Shown in pieces: positions 30,483 to 39,669 of a DNA stretch of 64,000 nucleotides; within the stretch, counting starts at the first letter, position 1, and each line of letters opens with the position of its first letter. Made by a program: the position numbers and the translations under genes. The stretch is from an uncultured archaeon. GTDB taxonomy: Archaea > Thermoproteota > Bathyarchaeia > Bathyarchaeales > Bathycorpusculaceae. The stretch is from NCBI GenBank assembly GCA_963810275.1, contig CAWENF010000019.1, positions 64,001 through 128,000 on the forward strand, read 5' to 3'. The notes beneath the pieces are model-generated. The model was not told the DNA's origin. It did not search any database and was given only the letters and a program-made list of their open reading frames with translations.

Positions 30483-30845
30483 AGTGCCTTATTCCTCCAT
30501 ATGCAAAATGGATACAATTTTGTATACACTACTTGGGTTTTTAAATCTTTTCCGAGCGCTAAAACCATCATACCTGCTTTTAAAACACTTGAATTAACGC
30601 TATTCTCACTAAATAAACCTGGTGGTGACCTATTTGTTAGAAAGGAGCATAAATCAGTACAGTTAACATATAAACGGCTATTTCCTTGGTAATTTTTTCA
30701 ACAAAAAACCCTCAACTTTACACAAAAAATGCACTATCGCAAACACTCCAAAAATCTTCACCTGACATTTTTGACATACAAAGCGAAATAACACACACTT
30801 TTCAGCACTAATTTACCATTAAGACACACTTTCAAAGCCCAAAAC

Positions 30846-30942
30846 TCACATGTGACATCGCCAAAAACCCCGTGACCTCACCAAATCACGCCAAAATCAC
30901 CGTGATTTCACCCAAATCACAGCCTTGTGATGCACCTGTGAT
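30846..30942. repeat. TCAC/GTGA repeat and palindrome cluster
   Basis: TCACATGTGA at 30846; TCAC at 30878, 30886, 30897, 30908 and 30917; AAATCAC-C-GTGATTT; GTGAT at 30927 and 30938. Confidence 0.8.
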
Positions 30943-30976
30943 ACCAAAAAAGTAAGCAGAGTTTATATGCAAAAGT

Positions 30977-31810
30977 CTAAATCTGCTCAGAAAGCTCATT
31001 GAGTTTCTCATAGAGTTCAGGCCGAAGATCCCGAATAGTCGGAATAAAAGTCTCCGCAGTTTTCAAATCACCAAAATCCACGTCAGTAACCACAAAATCC
31101 TCAACATCGTACTTAGCTATGGCCAAAACATCACCTGTTGGACCCACAAGACGGCTTCCGCCCCAAAACTGCAAGCCATCTTCCATTCCGCCAAGGTTCA
31201 CATAAGCCAAAAAGGCAGTGTTCTCTATTGCGCGGGCAGCGGTTAAGATTTCGAAGTAGCTTCTGCGTATGGCTGGCGACGCTGAAATGCAGATTAAGAG
31301 TTGAGCCCCCATAAGTCTGGGTAACCTGAAGACTTCTGGAAAGAATACGTCATAACAAATTGTTAAACCAATAGTCCCAAGTGAGGTCTGCAGAGCTGCA
31401 GGTTGGTAGCCGGGTCGGAAGTAGCGTTTCTCCTCGAACACGCTATGAGTTGGCAAATACATTTTGCGGTACTTCCCCACATAGCCTTCTGGGCTGACCA
31501 GCACGGCGGTGTTGTAGATAGTAGCTTGAGTTTTCTCGCTGACCTCAGGCATCCCAAAAACAACGTGCACGCCAGTAGCTTTGCTTAGTGCTTCAATTTT
31601 GTGCACGGAGGGTCCAGGGATCACCTCAGCCAGCTCATAGACTTGGTCGTGGAGAACGTAGCCTGTGAGGGACATCTCTGGGAAAATTGCCAAGTCTGCG
31701 CCCTGCTCTTTTGCCTTCCAAGTGAGTTCTTTGATTTTTTGGAAGTTAGATTGTTTGTCTTCTCTTTTTGGTGTAATTTGGCAGAGGGCGAGCTTGACCT
31801 TGTTTTTCAT
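30977..31810 (-). CDS. Carbon-nitrogen hydrolase (nitrilase superfamily)
   Basis: FPE, YRK and ICYD catalytic E-K-C triad. Confidence 0.93.
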   Translation of the reverse strand: MKNKVKLALCQITPKREDKQSNFQKIKELTWKAKEQGADLAIFPEMSLTGYVLHDQVYELAEVIPGPSVHKIEALSKATGVHVVFGMPEVSEKTQATIYNTAVLVSPEGYVGKYRKMYLPTHSVFEEKRYFRPGYQPAALQTSLGTIGLTICYDVFFPEVFRLPRLMGAQLLICISASPAIRRSYFEILTAARAIENTAFLAYVNLGGMEDGLQFWGGSRLVGPTGDVLAIAKYDVEDFVVTDVDFGDLKTAETFIPTIRDLRPELYEKLNELSEQI

Positions 31811-31822
31811 TGGTATTTCCTT

Positions 31823-32665
31823 CTAGTAGAAATGTCTGGGTAGTCTAAAATCATTTCCTACCGTTCGGAACCCCAATTTCGGCGCAAGTGGCATGCGGCG
31901 TTTGTGCTCGGTTGAGAGCCAGCGATCTTTGACTTGGCCGACGATTGCTTCTTTGATTTGCAGTTGCTCTGCAATTTCTTTTGGTTCCATGAAGCGTTCC
32001 AGCCCGAAGAGGATTAAGTCCAGAGTGTCGTATTTGATTTCAAGTTCGGCTTCTGCTAGCTGGTTTGGCCAAAGTGACGGTGTGGAGGGTTTCATGGCGA
32101 GTTCCTCTGGAACACCTAGGTGGTGGGCTAGTCTGCGGACTTGAGTTTTGTAGAGGTCAATTATGGGTGCTATGTCGGCTGCGGCGTCTCCCCACTTGGT
32201 AAAGTATCCCATCATCGTTTCAGATTTATCTGAGGTACCTGCGACGATGCATTTTTGGTGATTGGCGTAGTAGTATAGATAAATCATGCGGGTTCGGGCT
32301 TTGATGTTTCCTTTGGAAACCCTGTCCGATGGGTCAAACGGGGGAATGCCCATGTAAAAGTTTTCGAGGACGGGCGTGAGGTCACAGACTTGGGTTTGCA
32401 GCTTGAACTGCTCCGCTACTTTGTTTGAATCGTTTATGTCTTTTTGGTTGAAGGTTTCCCCTTCAGGCATTAAAAGCGCCAGGACGCGGTCGCCTCCCAA
32501 CGCTTTACTTGCCAGTGCAGCTATAGTGGTGCTGTCAACTCCTCCAGACAAACCAAGCACTACGCCTTCTGCTCCCAAGTTTTCTATGTATTCTTTTATG
32601 AAACGGCAAATTCTGGTTTCTGCTTCTGCAAAATCAATATTTAAACAGGCAGGGGTTAATTTCAC
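31823..32665 (-). CDS. nadE: NH3-dependent NAD+ synthetase
   Basis: GLSGGVDS, GNIKAR.RM, GYFTKWGD and EHKR motifs; likely GTG start at 32665. Confidence 0.95.
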   Translation of the reverse strand: MKLTPACLNIDFAEAETRICRFIKEYIENLGAEGVVLGLSGGVDSTTIAALASKALGGDRVLALLMPEGETFNQKDINDSNKVAEQFKLQTQVCDLTPVLENFYMGIPPFDPSDRVSKGNIKARTRMIYLYYYANHQKCIVAGTSDKSETMMGYFTKWGDAAADIAPIIDLYKTQVRRLAHHLGVPEELAMKPSTPSLWPNQLAEAELEIKYDTLDLILFGLERFMEPKEIAEQLQIKEAIVGQVKDRWLSTEHKRRMPLAPKLGFRTVGNDFRLPRHFY

Positions 32666-32763
32666 GCTGAATTCAGCCTCCCATTCATGGTTAGTAGGCA
32701 AGTATTTAAGGACAAGGATAAATAATAATGCAACATTATTCAAAAGAATAGAAGGATGTTTAG

Positions 32764-33027
32764 ATGGGGCGTCGAAGGAAAAAAGTTGTTCATATTCCAA
32801 AGAAAAAGCTTCCCAAGTTCTTTTCTTGCCCCACATGCGGCAAAGAAACCGTCCGCGTAGAGATTTATCGTGAAGAAGGCGGACGTTCCGTTGCGCAATG
32901 CAGCAGTTGCGGGCTTAAAGAGGAATTTACCATAAAACCCGCACAGGGCGAAGTAGATGTTTACTGCATTTTAACGGACCGTGTTTATGGCAGCCAGAAA
33001 AGAACTCCTGCAGCTGAAGGCATTTAG
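32764..33027 (+). CDS. elf1: Transcription elongation factor Elf1
   Basis: MGRRRKK...FSCPTC...CSSC...VDVY. Confidence 0.9.
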   Translation: MGRRRKKVVHIPKKKLPKFFSCPTCGKETVRVEIYREEGGRSVAQCSSCGLKEEFTIKPAQGEVDVYCILTDRVYGSQKRTPAAEGI

Positions 33028-33039
33028 AGGACCAAAGCT

Positions 33040-33783
33040 ATGGTTGGTGCAATCGAGCGGTACTTACTAGACAAAATCAAAGTCGACGGCTCAATCCACA
33101 TGACCCTAATCGACCCAGAGAATGTCACGCCAGATGAAGCCACCCACATTGCAGAAGTGTCAAAGAAATGCGGAACCGCAGCCGTCATGATTGGCGGTTC
33201 TACAGTTGCGTTACAAAGCCAACTTGACGAAGTTGTCAAAGCAATAAAAGCCAAAGTCGATATACCAACGATTCTTTTTCCTGGTAACGTTAACGGCATA
33301 AGCCGCCACGCCGACGCCATCTGGTTTATGTCTATGATTAACTCTCAGGAACCCTACTTTTTAGCAGGCGCCCAAATCCTGGGTGCACCTTACATCAAAA
33401 AGTTCGAAATTGAACCCATCCCAATGGGTTACATCATCGTAGGCGAAGGCGGCACCGTGGGCAGAGTCGGAAAAGCCAAAACCATTCCTTACAGAAACCC
33501 GCAGTTAGCCGCAGACCACGCCCTAGCTGCGCAGTATTTTGGCATGCGGTTTGTTTATCTTGAGGGAGGTTCTGGTACCACTCAACCCGTGCCACACGAA
33601 ATGATTCGTCAAGTCAAAAGCGCCACCAACGTGGTCCTCATAGTGGGGGGTGGCATCCGCTCCAAAGACCAGGCGATAGCCGCAGCAGAGGCAGGGGCAG
33701 ACATAATTGTTACAGGCAACTTGACCGAATCAAGCGACTGCAACGAGCGCATCCTGCAGATTATCCAAGCCATTAAACACTAA
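33040..33783 (+). CDS. Geranylgeranylglyceryl phosphate synthase
   Basis: TLIDP, GGST, YLEGGSG, VGGGIR and VTGN motifs. Confidence 0.95.
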   Translation: MVGAIERYLLDKIKVDGSIHMTLIDPENVTPDEATHIAEVSKKCGTAAVMIGGSTVALQSQLDEVVKAIKAKVDIPTILFPGNVNGISRHADAIWFMSMINSQEPYFLAGAQILGAPYIKKFEIEPIPMGYIIVGEGGTVGRVGKAKTIPYRNPQLAADHALAAQYFGMRFVYLEGGSGTTQPVPHEMIRQVKSATNVVLIVGGGIRSKDQAIAAAEAGADIIVTGNLTESSDCNERILQIIQAIKH

Positions 33784-33861
33784 GCGTCAAAGTATTTTTA
33801 GCTGTTTTTTAGAAAGCCCAAAATACCAAGTGATGCATATACTGTGCAGTGAGCGTTTGAC

Positions 33862-36800
33862 TTGAACATCACAAGCGGCATAAGTAAAGGATACCGAGAC
33901 TACGTACAAGGCATGGAAGCAGAGCTAAGAAAGCTCTACGAAATCAGCGACGCCGCCCGCAGCCGAGGGCTAGACCCCGCATTGAAAACGGAGTGCATTG
34001 AGGCTCAGGACATAGCTGACCTCGTCGAAGGACTCGTTGGCCCTAAAGGTGTAGCTGTTAGCATCCGTGAGTTGAGTAAAACTAAGCCCCGTGAAGAAAT
34101 CGCTTTTTATGCGGCCAAAGAAATCGCCGAAGGTAAATTCGCCCAAACCGACGAAGAACGTCATGAAGAAAAGCTGGCTGAACAGGCGATCCGTACTGCG
34201 CTGGCAATTTTCACTGAAGGCTTAACAGCGGCGCCCATTCAGGGCATCGCGCAGGTGAAGGTTAAGAAGAATGCTGACCAAACCCGTTATCTGGGCATCT
34301 ACTTCGCTGGGCCCATTCGCAGTGCGGGCGGCACCGACCAGGCGCTGACGCTGGTGGTGGGCGACTATGTGCGCCGCGCCTTGCACCTTGACATGTACAA
34401 ACCTACGGAGGAGGAGATTTCCCGCTTCATAGAGGAGTTGCGGGTTTACGAACGTAGCGTGGGGCGTTTTCAGTACCACATTCCTGATGGCGAACTCAGA
34501 AAAGCTTTAAATCTTGTCCCAGTTGAGTGCACAGGCACAGAATCCGATCCCGTTGAAGTCTCATCATACCGCAACCTTGAACGCATCGAAACCAACAGAG
34601 TCCGCGGCGGAGCCCTGCGTGTCATAAACGATGGTATCGTGGGCCGAGCCCAGAAGGTTTTCGTTATTGTGGATAAAATTGGGTTCCACGAATGGGATTG
34701 GCTTAAAAATTTTAAAAAGAAATCGGAGAAGAAGTCTGGTGGCTTTATGGACGACGTTATCGCCGGCAGACCCATCTTTGCATTTCCCTCCACCCGTGGC
34801 GGCTTTCGACTCAGATATGGCCGCTCACGCAACACAGGGCTCTCAGCCGTGGGTATCCACCCAGCCGCTATGTTTGTCGTAGAGAGCTTTCTAGCCGCGG
34901 GCACTCAGATGCGCCTTGAGTTGCCCGGTAAAGGAGGCGTCACCATGCCCGTGGACAGCATCGAGAAACCCGTGGTTCTGCTAAAAGACGGCTCCGTGGT
35001 GCGGGTGTCTCTTGAGAATTTTCCTTCAGTTAAGGATAGAATCCAGAAAATCCTCTTTTTAGGTGACATGCTTATTGACTTCGGTGATTTCCTCTACAGT
35101 AACAAGAGTCTGCCACCGTCGGGTTACGTGGAAGAGTGGTGGACAAAAGACCTTCAAGCCGCGGTTGCCTCAAGCTTTGGCGGCGACATAGGCAAAGCTG
35201 CGCAGGCATGCGAAATTCCAGATAGCCGCCTTGAAGATTTTCTACATGACCCCTTCAAAAACAAACCCGCCGCCAATGAAGCCATCTCCATAAGCCAGAC
35301 GCTGGGGGTTCCTTTGGGACCAAACTGCACATTTTACTGGACAAACCTCACCGAGTCGAAGGATGTGGAGGTTCTACGCAAGTGGATAGCCAACTGTGAT
35401 GTCGAGTCGGCGGATGGTTATGCCCAGAAAATAACAGGTGACGTTGATCAAGACGTAGTTAATGTGTTGCGTAAAATCTTTGCTCCTCATAAACTGGTTG
35501 AGGATAAGATTGTGATGTCAGGCGAAGATGCCGCCGCATTTGCGTTTACGCTTGGTTGGGGCACATCACGGATAGATGCGTCTGTCGAAGCGGAAACGGT
35601 GCTTGAGCTGCTTTCAAAACTGTCAGGCGTCACAGTTAAAGACAAAGCTCCCACCTACGTAGGCGGACGCATGGGCAGACCCGAAAAAGCCAAACACCGC
35701 GAAATGCGCCCCATGGTTCATGTCCTCTTCCCTGTCAGTTTAGCGGGAGGCAGTCACCGTGACCTATGTGCAGCAGCCAAAAAGAATCTCATTTCTGTTG
35801 AGATGGTGAGGCGCAAATGCCCGGAATGCAAAACTTATACAATTAAACTCAAATGTGACAATTGTAGCGCCGAAACGGTTCATGAGCAATCATGCCCGAG
35901 ATGTGGCAGAACCCTAAAAGAAGGCTACTGTGGCACATGCAAAGCCGAAGGGGTTCTTTACCAGAAGCAAACTGTGAACTTTAAAAAACTGCTTGATACC
36001 GCTTGCAAAAATATAGGCTGTCCGCCGCCCAAAATGCTTCGTGGCGTCAAAGGTTTAACCAACTTCGATAAAACGCCTGAGCTGATTGAGAAGGGGCTTC
36101 TGCGCGCCAAATACGGAGTATCAACCTACAAGGACGGCACGATTCGTTTTGACGGCACAAACGCACCGCTCACGCACATCACGCCTGAGGAAATCGGGGT
36201 TTCTGTTGAGAAGATGCGCCAAATGGGTTACTTGGCTGACACTTACGGTTTACCCCTCACCAGCCCAGAGCAGATCTGTGAACTAAAAATCCAAGACGTC
36301 GTGATACCCAAGTCGGCAGGAACCTACCTTGTGCAAATTGCAGGCTTTATTGACGAACTCCTCACTAAAGTCTACAAGCTTTCTCCCTACTACAATGCCA
36401 AGAGCCCCGACGATATGGTGGGGATGCTCATCTTCGGCTTGGCACCTCACACGTGCGCCTGCATCCTTGGCAGAGTCGTCGGTTACACCGACCGCAACCT
36501 CATCTATGCCCATCCCGTCTGGCACTCAGCCAAACGCCGAGACTGCGACGGCGACGAAGACGCAATCATGCTTGCCTTAGACACCCTCATCAACTTTTCC
36601 CGCGTATTCTTGCCCAGCCAAATCGGTGGCATCATGGACGCCCCTATCCTTATGATTCCGTTTTGCAACACCAAAGAGGTGCAGCGCCAAGCCCACGATT
36701 TTGATGTCAGTCACACTTATCCTCTTGAGTTTTACCGTAAAACATGGGAGAAAGACGAATCCCGTAAAGTCAGTGCTTTCATGGACACCATTAGCCATCG

Positions 36801-37296
36801 TCTCAGCACAGAAGGACAGTTTGAGGGTTTCCAGTTCACCACTCCCACAACAAACATCAACTTCGGAAACGCAAATAGCAGCTACAAAGAATTCAAATCC
36901 ATGAAAGAAAAACTCAACATGCAGCTTTCTTTGGCAGAGAAAATCGATGCCGTCGACGCTAAACAGGTTGCGCTAAAAGTTCTCAACTGCCATTTGATGC
37001 GTGACATCGTAGGTAATATGCGTGCGTTCTCAACTCAGGGATTCCGATGCAAAGCATGCAATGCCAAGTACCGACGTCTACCGTTGGGGGGCAAATGTAT
37101 GCGCTGTGGCGGAGCGCTCACTTTGACAGTGTATCGAGGTAACATTGAGAAGTATCTTGGTGCTGCTCAGGAACTGGTGGATAAGTACGGGTTGGCTAGC
37201 TACTACACGCAGCGTATGGATCTGATTAAGGCGGAGTTGGAGCTGATGTTTGACAACAAGAAGCCTAAGCAGGCGAAGCTGTTTGATTTTGGTTAG
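33862..37296 (+). CDS. polC: DNA polymerase D large subunit DP2
   Basis: AGPIRSAGGT, GFRLRYGRSRNTG, RMGRPEK, KRRDCDGDED and zinc fingers. Confidence 0.98.
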   Translation: MNITSGISKGYRDYVQGMEAELRKLYEISDAARSRGLDPALKTECIEAQDIADLVEGLVGPKGVAVSIRELSKTKPREEIAFYAAKEIAEGKFAQTDEERHEEKLAEQAIRTALAIFTEGLTAAPIQGIAQVKVKKNADQTRYLGIYFAGPIRSAGGTDQALTLVVGDYVRRALHLDMYKPTEEEISRFIEELRVYERSVGRFQYHIPDGELRKALNLVPVECTGTESDPVEVSSYRNLERIETNRVRGGALRVINDGIVGRAQKVFVIVDKIGFHEWDWLKNFKKKSEKKSGGFMDDVIAGRPIFAFPSTRGGFRLRYGRSRNTGLSAVGIHPAAMFVVESFLAAGTQMRLELPGKGGVTMPVDSIEKPVVLLKDGSVVRVSLENFPSVKDRIQKILFLGDMLIDFGDFLYSNKSLPPSGYVEEWWTKDLQAAVASSFGGDIGKAAQACEIPDSRLEDFLHDPFKNKPAANEAISISQTLGVPLGPNCTFYWTNLTESKDVEVLRKWIANCDVESADGYAQKITGDVDQDVVNVLRKIFAPHKLVEDKIVMSGEDAAAFAFTLGWGTSRIDASVEAETVLELLSKLSGVTVKDKAPTYVGGRMGRPEKAKHREMRPMVHVLFPVSLAGGSHRDLCAAAKKNLISVEMVRRKCPECKTYTIKLKCDNCSAETVHEQSCPRCGRTLKEGYCGTCKAEGVLYQKQTVNFKKLLDTACKNIGCPPPKMLRGVKGLTNFDKTPELIEKGLLRAKYGVSTYKDGTIRFDGTNAPLTHITPEEIGVSVEKMRQMGYLADTYGLPLTSPEQICELKIQDVVIPKSAGTYLVQIAGFIDELLTKVYKLSPYYNAKSPDDMVGMLIFGLAPHTCACILGRVVGYTDRNLIYAHPVWHSAKRRDCDGDEDAIMLALDTLINFSRVFLPSQIGGIMDAPILMIPFCNTKEVQRQAHDFDVSHTYPLEFYRKTWEKDESRKVSAFMDTISHRLSTEGQFEGFQFTTPTTNINFGNANSSYKEFKSMKEKLNMQLSLAEKIDAVDAKQVALKVLNCHLMRDIVGNMRAFSTQGFRCKACNAKYRRLPLGGKCMRCGGALTLTVYRGNIEKYLGAAQELVDKYGLASYYTQRMDLIKAELELMFDNKKPKQAKLFDFG

Positions 37297-37345
37297 GATA
37301 AGCTTTTCAATTTAGACAGCGCCTTAATCTGGTAGGTGGCATCCT

Positions 37346-37607
37346 ATCAAGGAAACTTGGCATCCTAACGCTCAGCTCAAAAGCATCCGAAACGTATCGC
37401 AGCGGGCTTTCTGCTCGCTCAAAGATTTTGGTTGTGTTGGATCGGGAGCCGTTTAGCGCAACTAAAATTGCTAAACAAACCAGCCTGAAATACTATGTCG
37501 TCATGTATCATCTGCGGCTTCTCAAATCGGAATGTGTGGTGGAGCGCAGGGGGAGTCGTCGCTATGTTTGGCTACAGACAGGCATCGGGCAAACAAGGCT
37601 GACTTAG
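37346..37607 (+). pseudogene. ArsR-like wHTH gene with a frameshift
   Basis: KETWHPNAQLKSIRNV, then a one-base shift near 37397 to RSGLSARSKILVVL...SATKIAKQTSL.Y.VVMYHLRLL...WLQTGIGQTRLT*. Confidence 0.6.
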
Positions 37608-37891
37608 AACCTGCATTGACACGGTGACCTTTGGCATTTAGGGCATTTGTGCGGGTATTTTGATAGGGCGGCTTTTTCAAGGTCAATGTCTATGATGTTT
37701 GCCAGCGACGCCAGCCATGCAAGGACATCCGCAAACTCTTTCTCGATTGCCACGCGGTCGCTGCCTTTGAGTTCCTTGCCCAGCTCAAGGACTTCATCAA
37801 AGAGCCAGGTGTAGGTGCCATCAGCTCCGCGGACTGTGTCGCGGGGTCCGTAGAGGGTTTTCATCATTTCTTGGAATTCGCTTATCTGCAT
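37604..37891 (-). CDS. MazG-like nucleotide pyrophosphohydrolase
   Basis: WL..EV.EL...EFADVLAWLASLAN motif. Confidence 0.88.
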   Translation of the reverse strand: MQISEFQEMMKTLYGPRDTVRGADGTYTWLFDEVLELGKELKGSDRVAIEKEFADVLAWLASLANIIDIDLEKAALSKYPHKCPKCQRSPCQCRF

Positions 37892-38086
37892 AATGGTCAA
37901 TTGGAAAATGAGCGGTTGGATGCTTTTAAAGTTTCAAACTGTGTTTTGTTGATGTTTTTGTATACGGAGATCAACATGCATCTTTCATCTCGTTTTTTAG
38001 GGGCAAGTACTGGAGAACTTATACGTTCTTCTGCAAGCGCGATATAGTTAGTCAGCCATAACTTAATGCTTAACAGGAAGGTTTTA

Positions 38087-38270
38087 ATGAAGAAAACAAT
38101 CTTAATCGCCGCCGTCAATAGCCATTTTGCTATTGTTATTGCAGATGTGTACCTAAGATACACCGGAGTGCTTAATGCACCGTCAGCAACACCCATTCCC
38201 GCTCCTGAGGTTCCCACACAAGAGATAGTTAGATAATCAACCATTACTCATATAGCGACTAACCACTCGG
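38087..38270 (+). pseudogene. Degenerate remnant resembling the secreted protein at 11217-11954
   Basis: MKKTILIAAV (frameshift)...PSATPIPAPEVPTQEIVR*STITHIATNH, versus EDIRDQAITYVAANH in the intact gene. Confidence 0.4.
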
Positions 38271-38644
38271 GGTTGGCCTGTTATGGATCTGGTGAGTAGA
38301 AGTTGTATCGGATTTGGGCGAAGGAAGTAAGATGTCTTTTTTTACTGTTTGCTGAATCTTTTGCAAACAGTCTTCATTCTACACCTCATGCAGACGATAA
38401 AACAGAAACTTGGGCCCAAGCGATTGTTGTTGTCAAAAAAAGGGTTCCACAGCAATAACTAAAAAAAACCAATGCTTTTATAGTGTTGCAAACGATTACT
38501 ACACACTACATGCAATATGGTCATCGAAAACCAGCAAAAAAGCCCTAAGTTAGTTTTTAAACACCATAAAGCGGCTTTTACGTTTGTGACGGCAACATTT
38601 ATAACTACAATTTCTTATTGCTAAAGGCGCGAAGCGGAAGTACT

Positions 38645-39658
38645 ATGGGACATCGAAAACATCATGCTCCAAGACATGGTTCACTAGCTTATTTACCTAG
38701 GCAACGAGCTAAAAAACCAGTGGCAAGAATAAGATACTGGCCAAACATAAAATCAGATTCACCAAAACTTCTAGGTTTCTCAGCCTACAAAGCAGGCATG
38801 ACCTACATCTTCACTATCGAAGACCGAAAAAGATCACCCCACTTCGGAAAAGAAGTCATGCGAGCAGCAACCATACTAGAAACCCCGCCAATTCTGGTGT
38901 GCGGCATCAGAACTTACCAAAAAACACCATACGGACTCAAAAACGTAACAGAGGCCTGGATGAAAGAGCCACCGGCAAGCCTAAATAGACTTTTAGTTTT
39001 GCCAGAAGCGTTTGACACAGACGCTATGCTTGAGAAAATCCAGCAAAACCTCGAGCAAACAGACGTCGTTCGCGTCATAACCGCCACACATCCAAACCAA
39101 ACCGCTCTCTCTAAAAAGAAACCAGAGTCAATGGAAATCCAAATCGGCGGCGGAACAATCCCACAGCAATTCGAATACGCTAAACAACTACTTGGACGAA
39201 CCGTCGCACCCGAAGAAGTTTTCAAAGACGGACAATTCATCGACATCGCAGGGGTAACTGTAGGCAAAGGCTACCAAGGTCCAGTTAAACGCTGGGGAGT
39301 AACCAGACTGCAACACAAAGGCAGAAAAACCAAACGCGGCATCGCCACTTTGGGTCCATGGAATCCCCATCACATAATGTACAGCGTGGCCCGCGCTGGC
39401 CAAATGGGCTATCACCAACGCATCGAATTCAACAAACGTATTCTCAAAATCGGTAAAGATGGCAAAGAAGTCACTGTTAAAGGCGGCTTCATCCGCTACG
39501 GCGAAATCAAGGGTCCCTACATCCTCATCTCAGGCAGCATACCCGGCACCGAAAAACGTACCATCCGCCTACGCGTACCCGCACGTCCACCCACAGAAAC
39601 CCCTGATCAACCACCACAAGTGACATATATCTCAGTAGAGTCACCACAAGGGAAATAG
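38645..39658 (+). CDS. rpl3: 50S ribosomal protein L3 (uL3)
   Basis: MGHRK..APRHGSL, YKAGMT and GKGYQGPVKRWG. Confidence 0.97.
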   Translation: MGHRKHHAPRHGSLAYLPRQRAKKPVARIRYWPNIKSDSPKLLGFSAYKAGMTYIFTIEDRKRSPHFGKEVMRAATILETPPILVCGIRTYQKTPYGLKNVTEAWMKEPPASLNRLLVLPEAFDTDAMLEKIQQNLEQTDVVRVITATHPNQTALSKKKPESMEIQIGGGTIPQQFEYAKQLLGRTVAPEEVFKDGQFIDIAGVTVGKGYQGPVKRWGVTRLQHKGRKTKRGIATLGPWNPHHIMYSVARAGQMGYHQRIEFNKRILKIGKDGKEVTVKGGFIRYGEIKGPYILISGSIPGTEKRTIRLRVPARPPTETPDQPPQVTYISVESPQGK

Positions 39659-39669
39659 GTAGATAGACT

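Noticed and set aside
29689-30942. Possible CRISPR array
   Set aside because: The repeats are 5-6 bp at ~11 bp spacing, with no 25-40 bp repeat/spacer structure and no cas genes.
33862-37296. Intein in DP2 or Cdc6
   Set aside because: Lengths are normal, and the catalytic RRDCDGDED and Walker motifs are uninterrupted.
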